Part shown: in pieces, positions 19,601-27,576 of the stretch
Numbering within the stretch: position 1 is the first letter of the stretch
Layout of the letters: every line of letters begins with the position of its first letter
IMG/VR virus record: IMGVR_UViG_3300020152_000020
Location: 15,815-79,814 of that record
DNA: 64,000 bases
Direction: 5' to 3' (one strand)
DNA from: a virus
The notes under the pieces: generated by a model
Told to the model about the DNA's origin: nothing
Seen by the model: the letters and a program-made list of their open reading frames with translations, nothing else
The model's database searches: none
Made by a program: the position numbers and the translations under genes

Positions 19601-19794
19601 TCGCGGAATGCGAAGCGGGGCCGTCGTGGGGCCAGATGGTCGAGTTCGATCCGACGACCATCGAGACGGGTCTCACCGACGATGCTCCGCTTATCGGCCT
19701 GAACGACAAGCAAAAGGAAGACCTGCTACGCAAGCCTGTTAACGTGGACGAACTGTGGGAAGCGTTCGCGTTCAAGCTGAAGAAGGCGGTGTGA
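16669..19794 (+). CDS. polA: Family A DNA polymerase with N-terminal family-4 UDG-like domain and 3'-5' exonuclease
   Basis: UDG: GEAPG, CRPP, Cys cluster; exo: DTETG, NEKFD, YAAMDAD; pol: GTVTGRLSSADPNLQNIP, DFSQIELR, KRVNFGVLYG, TVHDS. Confidence 0.95.
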   Translation: MPPIKKTNNGVAIAAPAAIKKPVLAKPGAKPAEAPVLSLRPLVKCGPKVDKSGCGWCPLMPFALDFDRFKAGYQRDATKILAKEKEGHLIRNRNVREEWTEVDILFVGEAPGADEDKQGLPFVGRAGKLLRDAIKEMVEVPPERIGFTSLVRCRPPRNREPNGTEKVSCAPELVREIAARKPKVIVAMGNHGLEFLTGQSGITTMCGKVLRTIREDVAKLPVVGCLNPLYVLRMDHEMEKFLKAIGLASDVALGKYEAPHGMGTYKVLTELSDVRKMFEKFRKDKRVTTFDTETGALTPFQSKFPALLCFSFSNGEFTGYTVPYDHPDSPWRVGGPKAKERPALTKLLVDYFIDPKIEKVAQNEKFDRQHIRAALGVEPVRVVRDTMITHLVTDETRGTHGLKILSYSFTGMGGYERPLEHYIETHREADPEAGGSYANIPGDVLFPYAAMDADVTWRTDEGLQKIPEYANNKKLQNIATFYLPELSRVLADMEYEGAKINKEVAKKLDVKYSGEMKKKTQDISNDPCVKKFVDDRRRKLVNELPAPKFYKNGKPRPPTKAFQEAHNFEFNPGSTDQLREVLFDYYDLKPVEMTDTGFEKLVARHKRLNDEAKADGKEGPNFSNVVNAAIEKREWEFFTTKADVLHEYERQKNPLANHILQYRDAQVMHGTFVTPLLHKLDPLDKIHGTFLIHGTVTGRLSSADPNLQNIPNKGGGLIKQAYVSRFGDEGVLLNVDFSQIELRVAAAYYREPTMIQAYLDNADLHTLTAADIAFPALAPAARLAAFKKLPKDEQKQWRTRAKRVNFGVLYGGGPPALQTTLKKDGVFVTVEECQKLIDLYFKARPALKKGIEKLEEKVRRTGYLESFTGRRRRIPEVFSEDEQLVARALRQSVNFPIQSGAGDMTLMALILIHRVLKAEGFKSRVILTVHDSLVFDCHVDELFEVARLAKEVMENIPSLSDEVLPGLDWSWLHPVPIVAECEAGPSWGQMVEFDPTTIETGLTDDAPLIGLNDKQKEDLLRKPVNVDELWEAFAFKLKKAV

Positions 19795-20513
19795 TGATGG
19801 GACGGGTTGCGAAGTTGGACCTGACTGGAAAACGTTTCGGTAAACTACGGGTCGTGCGCCGGGCTGCGGAGCGGTCGCCGAAGCACGTACACTGGCTGTG
19901 CGTCTGTGATTGCCTGACGCCGCGTGTCGTGCGCGCCGACGATCTGGATAAGAAGACGCCGGGGTTCGACCGTTGTGTGCTCTGTATGCGGGAGTTGCGC
20001 GCAAGCCGCCCGGCTCCGTTTAAGCGTCCTGACCCGGTGCTGACGAATAAGATCGACAAGGCTCTGTACGCTGCGTGGCTGCGCATGATGCTGCGCTGTT
20101 ATGATCCCTTGCATGCTCCGTATCCGAAGTATGGCGGCGCAGGGATGACTGTTTGCGCTCGCTGGCGAACGGGGAAGTGGTTCGGGTTTCACAACTTTTT
20201 GGTGGACATGAAGCCGTCGTTTAAGCTGGGGTTGTCGTTGAACCGGATTGACAATGACCGCCTTGAGTCCGGGTACTGCCCGGCGAATTGCAACTGGCTG
20301 ACAAAGAAACAGCAGCAGCAGTGGAAGCGGAACACGTCGCTACATATCATCCGGGGTGTGATGTACAGCCTGAGTCAGTTGGCGAAGCTGACGGGCATCG
20401 GAATCGGGGAGTTGAAGTCGCGGTTGAAAGCGAAATGGACGATCTGGCACGCGATTGTTGAACCGTACGTCCGCAGAGGTAAGGTCGTGTATCCACGACC
20501 GCTTCCGGCTTGA
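19794..20513 (+). CDS. Free-standing HNH-type homing endonuclease
   Basis: DLTGKRFGKLRV, WLCVCDC, YPKYGGAGMTVCARW, FHNFLVDM, SLNRIDND, YCPANCNW. Confidence 0.8.
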   Translation: MMGRVAKLDLTGKRFGKLRVVRRAAERSPKHVHWLCVCDCLTPRVVRADDLDKKTPGFDRCVLCMRELRASRPAPFKRPDPVLTNKIDKALYAAWLRMMLRCYDPLHAPYPKYGGAGMTVCARWRTGKWFGFHNFLVDMKPSFKLGLSLNRIDNDRLESGYCPANCNWLTKKQQQQWKRNTSLHIIRGVMYSLSQLAKLTGIGIGELKSRLKAKWTIWHAIVEPYVRRGKVVYPRPLPA

Positions 20514-20540
20514 TTGACATTATGTTAAAGGGGGGTCCGC

Positions 20541-21722
20541 ATGGCAGCGCCAGCGCCTGTGAAGAAAAAAGAGTTTAAGCCGACGTTCTCGCCGGACCAA
20601 CAGGCGGCGGTGGACGCGATCATGGACGGCACGGGGCCGTTCTTTCTGACGGGCGAGGCTGGCTCCGGCAAGTCGTACATCATCAAGTATCTGCGGCAGA
20701 CGCTTCCGAACGTGTCTGTCACGGCGACTACGGGCATGGCTGCGCAGTTGATCGAAGGGGCCACCTTGCATAGCTGGGCGTCGATCCACCCGCAGCTTGG
20801 CGTCGTCAACTCGTTCCCGGCGAAGATGCGCGTGGTCGAGACTGAAACGCTGGTCGTGGACGAAGTGAGCATGATGTCCGCGTCGCTGCTCGACCAGTTG
20901 TGGGAGCGGTTCCGCAAGTCGGAGCACACGCCGAAGGTGATTCTGGTCGGAGACTTTTTGCAGCTACCCCCTGTCGAGGGGCAGTTCGCGTTTCAGTCGC
21001 CGATCTGGCAAGACGTGACGATGCTCCGGCTCACGACCAATCACCGCCAGAAAGGCGATGACGGGTTCCTCGACGCGCTGAATGATCTGCGGGTCGGCAA
21101 GTACAGCGAGCGGCTGCGGGCGTTGCTGGCTGAACGGACGTTCGCTGAACTGCCGGACGACTGCACGCAGTTGTACGCGCACCGCGCCAGCGTGGACGAT
21201 CTCAACGAGGAAAAGCTCGAAGCTCTGGCGGGCGAAGAGGCAATCTTCGAGCGTGAGATTTGGACGCACCCGAAGTCGGTCGGCGAAGTGGACTACGACC
21301 GCTTCCGGTTCCCGCATCTTCTGCGGTTGAAGCTGGGCGCTCGTGTTGTGTTGCTGACGAACACGGCGGCGTGGGTCAACGGCTCGACGGGGACGGTCAC
21401 GGGGATCGAAGACAATCTGGTCAAGGTCCTGCTCGACAATGGCCGGGAAGTGAACGTGCCGCCCGCTGTGGAGAAGCTGATGGACGCGCATCAGGAAACG
21501 GTCGCGACGGCCAATCAGTTTCCGATGATGCTGGCGTGGGCGCTGACGGTCCACAAAGCGCAGGGCATGACGATGGATCGCGTCGGCGTCTGCCTGAACA
21601 ACCACTTCGCGTCGGGTCAGACGTATGTGGCGCTGTCCCGGTGCCGGAGCAAGGAAGGGCTGTATCTCACAGGGAAGTTCGGGTACGTCCCGGTGAGTCG
21701 TCTGGTTCTCAAATACGCATAG
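20541..21722 (+). CDS. Pif1/RecD2-like SF1B DNA helicase
   Basis: LTGEAGSGKS, TATTGMAA, VVDEVSMM, GDFLQLPPV, NGSTG, LAWALTVHKAQG, GQTYVALSR. Confidence 0.92.
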   Translation: MAAPAPVKKKEFKPTFSPDQQAAVDAIMDGTGPFFLTGEAGSGKSYIIKYLRQTLPNVSVTATTGMAAQLIEGATLHSWASIHPQLGVVNSFPAKMRVVETETLVVDEVSMMSASLLDQLWERFRKSEHTPKVILVGDFLQLPPVEGQFAFQSPIWQDVTMLRLTTNHRQKGDDGFLDALNDLRVGKYSERLRALLAERTFAELPDDCTQLYAHRASVDDLNEEKLEALAGEEAIFEREIWTHPKSVGEVDYDRFRFPHLLRLKLGARVVLLTNTAAWVNGSTGTVTGIEDNLVKVLLDNGREVNVPPAVEKLMDAHQETVATANQFPMMLAWALTVHKAQGMTMDRVGVCLNNHFASGQTYVALSRCRSKEGLYLTGKFGYVPVSRLVLKYA

Positions 21723-21733
21723 GATTCGCGCGC

Positions 21734-22222
21734 ATGGCTGCACCGCAGAAGAAAACGAAACACGGGGAAGACTACCTGTCGTCGCTGGAACGGATCGAGA
21801 TTCGTCTCGAAAACGGCGAGAAGGTGGACTTCTCTTGGGAGACGGAACTGTCGATCCCGGACGGTCCCGACGAGCAGTTGCGCGCTGCCCGCAAGGCTCC
21901 CGCCCGGCTGGCGTTCTTTGCGTACCAAGCTGAACGGATGCTCCACAAGGTTCGCACCCTTGAAGGTGAGTTAGCGGAGAACGAAGGCTTGGCGGATTTG
22001 ACTTGGCGTAAATACTACGAGGAACACACGAGCGAAGAGTACACAGAGCAAATGATCCGCTCCCGGATCGCGATGGATGGAAAAGTAAAAACTACGAAAA
22101 TTAACTTGAACTACGCGAGAAAGTGTTATGGTTATTTGCGCGCACTACGGGACAGTCTGGACCACCGGGTCTACGTCCTGAACGCGTTGGTCGGCCAAAA
22201 GCCAAACGCCAATCGGGACTGA
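21734..22222 (+). CDS. UvsY-like recombination mediator (putative)
   Basis: Helical ~160 aa protein before SSB and RecA; ALRDSLDHR C-terminal pattern. Confidence 0.5.
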   Translation: MAAPQKKTKHGEDYLSSLERIEIRLENGEKVDFSWETELSIPDGPDEQLRAARKAPARLAFFAYQAERMLHKVRTLEGELAENEGLADLTWRKYYEEHTSEEYTEQMIRSRIAMDGKVKTTKINLNYARKCYGYLRALRDSLDHRVYVLNALVGQKPNANRD

Positions 22223-22270
22223 GTTCCCACAAGGCAAACGGCAGTAGGCCAAAACTAGAAAGGGGCGATC

Positions 22271-23509
22271 ATGCCTAAGAAAGTGTCCGCCGAAGTTCTC
22301 AACAAGTTGCGCAGCCAGCAGAAGGAAATGGGTGGTGGTTTAATTATCACCAACAAGAACTTCACCAAGCTCCGCTGCCGCATCCTGCCCATCGCCGAAG
22401 ACGCTCCCGGTAAAGAGTACATCGGCCTGTACTGCGAGTCGCTGAAGAAGGGCACCACGTCGCCCCGCACCTTCGGCAATAAGTGCCCCGTGATGGATTA
22501 CATCGACAAGGTGAAGCGCACGGGCGAGAAGGACGAAAAGGAACACGTCAAGAACTACGTCAACATCCAGCGCGAATACTGGATGGGCGTGGTGTCGCAG
22601 GAAGATCGCGACACCCGTGAGTCGAACGCCGTGGCGATCCGCATTCTGTGCGCGAAGCGTTCGGTGTACGAAGAAATCATCAAGTTCATGATGGACGAAG
22701 ATGACGGCGAAGACATCACTGATCCGAAGGAAGGGCGCGACATCCGGGTGAAGAAGGAAGGCTCCGGGATGGACACGCAGTGGACGGTGAAGTTCCTCGA
22801 CCGCGAGCCTGTGTCGAACGACGAAGACTACGTCTCCGCGTTCGTCGAAGCCGCCAAGGGCTTCAACGTCGAAGACCACTTCTTCAAGGTGGACTATGAC
22901 ACGTTGGGTGAGATTTACACCAACCTGACGGGTGAGCCGATCCCGGATGAATACCTCGAAGGCGTTGACACAAAGTCATCCGGCAAAAAGTCGGGCGGCA
23001 AGGTGTCGAAGGTGGTCACGAAGGACGACGACGAAGACGACAAGCCCGCTGCTGCTCCGGCCAAGTCGAGCAAGCCCGCTACGGCTGGCCCGGCGAAGAA
23101 GAAGACGGTTGAAACCGAACCGGAACCCGAAGCCGACGAGGCTGCTGAGTTCCCGCGCGAAGGTGCTCGCTGCTCGTTCAAGGACGCGGACGGCAACGAC
23201 ATCGAAGCCGAAGTGCTCAAGCAGAACGAAGACGGTTCGTGGGACGTGAAGGACACCACGGGCGAAGTCTGGGGCGTCAACGCGGACGATCTGACGGAGA
23301 TCGCGGCGGAAGAAGCGGAACCGGAAGCCGAACCCGAAGCGGAAGAAGAAGCGCCCGCTCCGGCCCCGGCTAAGAAGGGTCCGGTCGCGAAGGGCGGCGG
23401 TACTCCGGCTGCTCCGGCGAAGCCCGCCACTCCGGCTGGTCCGCGCAAGCCGACCCCGACGAAGGCGTCCGGTTCGATCAAGGATCGTCTGGCTTCGGCC
23501 AAGAAGTAA
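22271..23509 (+). CDS. Single-stranded DNA-binding protein, T4 gp32-like, with long tail
   Basis: RCRILP, FGNKCPVMDY, DITDPKEGRDIRVKKEG; acidic and Ala/Pro/Lys tail; position next to RecA. Confidence 0.75.
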   Translation: MPKKVSAEVLNKLRSQQKEMGGGLIITNKNFTKLRCRILPIAEDAPGKEYIGLYCESLKKGTTSPRTFGNKCPVMDYIDKVKRTGEKDEKEHVKNYVNIQREYWMGVVSQEDRDTRESNAVAIRILCAKRSVYEEIIKFMMDEDDGEDITDPKEGRDIRVKKEGSGMDTQWTVKFLDREPVSNDEDYVSAFVEAAKGFNVEDHFFKVDYDTLGEIYTNLTGEPIPDEYLEGVDTKSSGKKSGGKVSKVVTKDDDEDDKPAAAPAKSSKPATAGPAKKKTVETEPEPEADEAAEFPREGARCSFKDADGNDIEAEVLKQNEDGSWDVKDTTGEVWGVNADDLTEIAAEEAEPEAEPEAEEEAPAPAPAKKGPVAKGGGTPAAPAKPATPAGPRKPTPTKASGSIKDRLASAKK

Positions 23510-23522
23510 CGCACGCACTACC

Positions 23523-23560
23523 GGGCAGGGGGCGCTAGGTGCCCCCTGCCCTTCTCTTTG
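23523..23560 (+). terminator. Probable terminator
   Basis: GGGCAGGGGGCGC-tag-GTGCCCCCTGCCC followed by TTCTCTTT. Confidence 0.6.
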
Positions 23561-23592
23561 ATACGTCCCTCTTTCCATCGGAAGGAAACGTG

Positions 23593-23991
23593 ATGCTCAA
23601 GCCCGGCGATAAAGTCGCTTTGTCACTTAACATCTCAGTCGAGATTGCGAAGTACAAAAGCGTCAAACCACACGCCTCTCTCACCCGCGTCTTCCCCGAA
23701 GGTGCCGACGAAGAAACGTTCCTGTCCGAATGCGAGACCGCGCTGCGCCGTATGGTGATGCGCGGTGTTCTCATGCAACTGGACGTGGAGAACGACCTCT
23801 ACGACGCGCTGGGTGCGGAACCCGACGTTGAGAACTTGGCGAAATTCTGCAAGAAGGAGTTAGGATATGTCGCTCAAAGACCGCATGTTGAAATCGAAGG
23901 CGGAACCGAAGCCGGAGCCAGCGCCGGAGTCGGACGTGGTGCTGACGCCCAAAGCGCCGCCCGAAAAAAAGGCCCCGTTAAAAAAGGGTAA
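23593..23991 (+). CDS. Hypothetical protein
   Basis: AAGGA RBS; tail overlaps recA start. Confidence 0.55.
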   Translation: MLKPGDKVALSLNISVEIAKYKSVKPHASLTRVFPEGADEETFLSECETALRRMVMRGVLMQLDVENDLYDALGAEPDVENLAKFCKKELGYVAQRPHVEIEGGTEAGASAGVGRGADAQSAARKKGPVKKG

Positions 23992-25063
23992 AACGCAGGT
24001 CCCCTACGCGCAGGCTGTGGTGGATAAGCTGAAGAAGAAGCTCACGTCGAAGAAGGCCGAAGCGTCGAATGTCTCGCTGCTCTCCGGTGGCGAGGTTTTG
24101 TCTGACGTGTCGGAGTGGATTCCGACCGGGTTTCCGCCGCTGGACAAAATCATGGGCGGCGGTTGGGCTGTCGGGCGCGCGACGGAGTTGTTCGGAAAGG
24201 AAGGCTCCGGCAAGTCGGCGCTCTGTCACCGCGCGATCAAGCAGTGTCAGGACATGGGCGGCATGGTCATTTACATCGACTTCGAGAACGCCCTCGATTC
24301 GGACAAGATGGAACAGATCGGGATTGACCCGGATCGACTGATTTACTGCACGCCCGACTACGTTGAACAGGCGTGGGACATCGTGTGGGAAGCCATTGAC
24401 CACATGAAGCAGTTCCCGCCCGAAGCCCCGACGCTTATCATCTGGGACTCTGTAGCGGCTTCGGTTCCGAAGGCTGAACTGCAAGAGGAAACGGCGGAAA
24501 ACTCGCACGTCGGCCTGCTCGCCCGCGCAATGGCGAAGGGGTGCCGGACCATGTACCGCGCGATTGCGAAGGTCCGCGCGCACATGATTTTCGTGAACCA
24601 CATGACGTTCAAGATCGGTGGCAACTCCCGCTTCCCGGAAATCATCACGCCGGGCGGTGTCGAGGTTAAGTACGCGGTGTCGGCGCGCGTGCAGACTTCG
24701 ATCCGGCAGCGGATCAAGGGCAAGGATGACGGCCCGTCTGGTTACATGATCGCGTGCAACACGCACAAATGCCGCTTGTTCCCGCCGCACCGAAAGGCGA
24801 ACTGGGTACTGGACTTCAAGTACGGCCCGTCCCCGGAAATGACTGCACTACACTTGATGATCGCGGCGGGTGCGATTAAATCTGTGGGGCAGGGTGCGTA
24901 CGTCGGTTCGTGGTCGAAGAAGCAGTTCACGAAAGACAACTGGATGTCCCGGCTGGAAGAAGACCCTGAGTTTAAGGCTGCGGCTCTGGCGACCTTCGAG
25001 GAAGGCGTGAAAAGCGGAAAATTCCCCGTCACGATTGATGACGCAAGCGAGGACGACGATTAG
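23867..25063 (+). CDS. recA: RecA/UvsX-like recombinase
   Basis: IPTGFPPLDKIMGGG, ELFGKEGSGKS, YIDFENALD, IIWDSVAA, TPGGVEVKY; AAGGAG RBS. Confidence 0.92.
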   Translation: MSLKDRMLKSKAEPKPEPAPESDVVLTPKAPPEKKAPLKKGKTQVPYAQAVVDKLKKKLTSKKAEASNVSLLSGGEVLSDVSEWIPTGFPPLDKIMGGGWAVGRATELFGKEGSGKSALCHRAIKQCQDMGGMVIYIDFENALDSDKMEQIGIDPDRLIYCTPDYVEQAWDIVWEAIDHMKQFPPEAPTLIIWDSVAASVPKAELQEETAENSHVGLLARAMAKGCRTMYRAIAKVRAHMIFVNHMTFKIGGNSRFPEIITPGGVEVKYAVSARVQTSIRQRIKGKDDGPSGYMIACNTHKCRLFPPHRKANWVLDFKYGPSPEMTALHLMIAAGAIKSVGQGAYVGSWSKKQFTKDNWMSRLEEDPEFKAAALATFEEGVKSGKFPVTIDDASEDDD

Positions 25064-25113
25064 CCTTACGTGAAAGTCGCATAAATTTCTCGCGTTGCGC
25101 GGGAAAAACCGCG

Positions 25114-25142
25114 TTGACATTGTGTTAACCGGGGGGTAAGTT
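25114..25142 (+). promoter_or_regulatory. sigma70-like promoter of the ParB gene, overlapping the palindrome
   Basis: TTGACA, 17 bp, TAAGTT; second palindrome at 25231-25245 in the leader. Confidence 0.7.
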
Positions 25143-25289
25143 TCGGATGTCGCAGTTGGGGTTTCAGGGTTCACAAAGCAAATGTCGCGGTGGCAGTCCA
25201 CCGTAAATGCTGGCAGGGGTGGGAGCGTGGTTGACACAGCGTCAATCGCCCGGCTCCGGGCAAGGCCACAAAAAATGGAGAAAATCACC

Positions 25290-26411
25290 GTGGCTGTAAC
25301 AAAGAAGAAAAGTCTCGACGAGGGCAAGGGTGCGGCAGCGGTTGCCGAACAGCCGACCATTCACGGCGTGCTGGTCAATTCGGGCGACATCAAGCACGGC
25401 GGCACGGCGAAGAAGCCGTTCGTCTGCCTGCTGAACCGCAAGGTCATTCACGTGCAGAAGGGCTTCAACCCGCGCACGAGCGGTCTGGGCGAGATCGACA
25501 CGCTCGCGGAGTCGATCAAGAAGGACGGTCTGCTGTCTACTCCCGTCGTTCGCCCGGACGCCGACAAGCCGGGGCACTTCCTGCTGGTCGCTGGCGAGCG
25601 CCGCCTCAAGGCGTGCGATCTGATCGGTCTGGAAGAAATTCCGGTCCAGATTCGCACCGACCTGACGGGCGATGACGACAAGGCGAAGGCTGTCGCCGTC
25701 GCGGAAAACTCCGAAGACGGGCGCACCAACCTCAATTCGATTGAAGTCGGTCGCGTCTGCAAGGACCTCGAAGACAAGGGCTGGACCGTGGCGCGCATCG
25801 CGTCGGAGTGCGGTCTGCATCCGATGAAGGTCCGGCGCTGTCTCACGCTGGTCAACGCGCCCGAAGACGTTGTGAAGAAGGTGGAGAAGGGCGAAATCTC
25901 CATGATCGCCGGGCTGGAACTGGCGAAGCTCGACGACGACACCCGCAAGAAGATCAAGGGCGATCTGACGGCGGAAACGTCGGCGGCGGAAGTGAAGAAG
26001 CTCGCCAAGGCGGCGGCGAAGGAGAGCGAGGGCGCTACGGACGGCGCTGGCAAGCCGAACCAGAAGAAGACGGGTAAGGCGCGCGACGCGGCGCTGTACA
26101 CGTGGCAGGGGTCGAAGGCGAAGCAGGCCAAGATCGCGGAACTGGCTTATTACATCGCCAACGCGGGCGAGGACAAGGGCACGGGCGACTGGCACGAACT
26201 GCGCGGCTCGCTGGCGGCGCTGCTCTGGGATCGCGGCGACCTGACGGAGATCATGCTCCCGAACGCGGAGAGCGAGAAGCCCGCCGATAAGAAGGCGCTG
26301 AAGAAGTTCGAGGAACTGGTCGAGAAGGAAGCGGCCAAGCACACGCCGCCCGCTGTCGAGGGCGAGGGTGCCGAAGCCGAACCGGAAGAAGCGGCGGCGG
26401 GGAAGAAGTAA
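25290..26411 (+). CDS. parB: ParB/Spo0J-family CTPase with HTH
   Basis: FNPR, LAESIKKDGLLSTPVV, LVAGERRLKA (GxRR), AENSEDGR, HTH WTVARIASECGLHPMKVRRCL; GGAG RBS before GTG 25290 (ATG 25275 alternative). Confidence 0.9.
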   Translation: MAVTKKKSLDEGKGAAAVAEQPTIHGVLVNSGDIKHGGTAKKPFVCLLNRKVIHVQKGFNPRTSGLGEIDTLAESIKKDGLLSTPVVRPDADKPGHFLLVAGERRLKACDLIGLEEIPVQIRTDLTGDDDKAKAVAVAENSEDGRTNLNSIEVGRVCKDLEDKGWTVARIASECGLHPMKVRRCLTLVNAPEDVVKKVEKGEISMIAGLELAKLDDDTRKKIKGDLTAETSAAEVKKLAKAAAKESEGATDGAGKPNQKKTGKARDAALYTWQGSKAKQAKIAELAYYIANAGEDKGTGDWHELRGSLAALLWDRGDLTEIMLPNAESEKPADKKALKKFEELVEKEAAKHTPPAVEGEGAEAEPEEAAAGKK

Positions 26412-26431
26412 CTTCCCTGTCCTGCGGGGTG

Positions 26432-26465
26432 AAGAACGGGCGGGAAACCGCCCGTTCTTTTTTTT
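26432..26465 (+). terminator. Rho-independent terminator
   Basis: AAGAACGGGCGG-gaaa-CCGCCCGTTCTT followed by T run. Confidence 0.9.
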
Positions 26466-27476
26466 ATGCGAAAGGGCGACTACGTGACTCCGATCCTGAT
26501 TGACGGCAACAATCTGATTAAGCGCGCCTGTATGGCGTCGGCTCTCGACGACCTGAAGGCTGGGGGCGTCTTCACCGGGGGTATCTATGGGACGCTCAAC
26601 TCGCTCGCGTCGTTCCTGAACATGCCTGAAGTCATGGCGGGGCCGATCTGGTGCTTCATGGACGGGGGCACGCCGCCCTTCCGGTTGAAGCTGCTCCCTG
26701 AGTACAAGTCGAAGCGCGCGGAGAAGCGGGACTTGCTCCCGCCCGCTGAACAGAAGAAGTGGCTTCAGCAGTTCGTGCTCTCCGGTGAGATGCTGGAATT
26801 GCTGGGGGTGTCCTGCATCAAGTACAAGAACTTCGAGGCCGACGACGTGGTGGCTGCGGCTGTCCGGCTCTGCGTTGAAGCCGGGCACGTCCCGGTGGTG
26901 GTGTCCAGCGACAAAGACTTGTGGCAGGTTGTCCGCATGGGTGCGGTCGTCTACGATCTGGCAAACGACCGTTGGGTCATGGACGAGAACTTCGAAGAAC
27001 TGGCTGGCACGCGCCCGGAGACATACCTGCTTTATCGTACGCTGGTCGGTGACACGTCGGATTCGATTCAGGGCTGTCGCGGTTGTGGCAAAGGGACGGC
27101 TCCCAAGGTAATCGCGGAGTTGCATGAGGCGCTGGGTGACGATCTTTACGGGTACGATCCGCTGGCGCAGCTTGATTTCGTCCGCGCGGTTATCACTGAG
27201 AAGCCGGAGAAGGAACGTAAGGCGTACGAGCGCAATTTCCTCGACGACTACGGGCGGCTCGTGAACGTGATGAAGGGAATCGACCTGTCGGCGTCGTTCA
27301 CTGACATCGACGATCTGCGGGCGAAGATGCAAACGCGGCTCCCGGTCCAGATGAAGAAGCTGCTGCAACTGGCCGTCAAGCTGAAGTTCAGTTCTGTCAT
27401 GGGTTCCCCACAACGCTACATTCGCCCGTTCAGCGAGGCACAGGAACGCTGCAAGCAGCCCGTGTTCCCGGCTTAA
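26466..27476 (+). CDS. 5'-3' exonuclease / flap endonuclease (T4 RNase H-like)
   Basis: LIDGNNLIKRA, EADDVV, SSDKDLWQ, GDTSDSIQGCRGCG. Confidence 0.9.
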   Translation: MRKGDYVTPILIDGNNLIKRACMASALDDLKAGGVFTGGIYGTLNSLASFLNMPEVMAGPIWCFMDGGTPPFRLKLLPEYKSKRAEKRDLLPPAEQKKWLQQFVLSGEMLELLGVSCIKYKNFEADDVVAAAVRLCVEAGHVPVVVSSDKDLWQVVRMGAVVYDLANDRWVMDENFEELAGTRPETYLLYRTLVGDTSDSIQGCRGCGKGTAPKVIAELHEALGDDLYGYDPLAQLDFVRAVITEKPEKERKAYERNFLDDYGRLVNVMKGIDLSASFTDIDDLRAKMQTRLPVQMKKLLQLAVKLKFSSVMGSPQRYIRPFSEAQERCKQPVFPA

Positions 27477-27518
27477 CACAATGTCAAAAAATAATTCTCG
27501 CTACACGCGGGAAAAACG

Positions 27519-27546
27519 TTGACACACGCGGCATTTATCCTAGACT
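27519..27546 (+). promoter_or_regulatory. sigma70-like promoter
   Basis: TTGACA, 16 bp, TAGACT; preceded by CGCGGGAAAAAC. Confidence 0.7.
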
Positions 27547-27576
27547 TATCCGCGTTACGCGGGAGAAAGTTTCAAG

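Noticed and set aside
25242-27479. Long minus-strand ORFs (745 aa here; also 10129-11760, 17056-18366, 27535-29028, 2773-4131)
   Set aside because: Antisense shadows of GC3-rich + strand genes with clear motifs; no RBS or domain evidence
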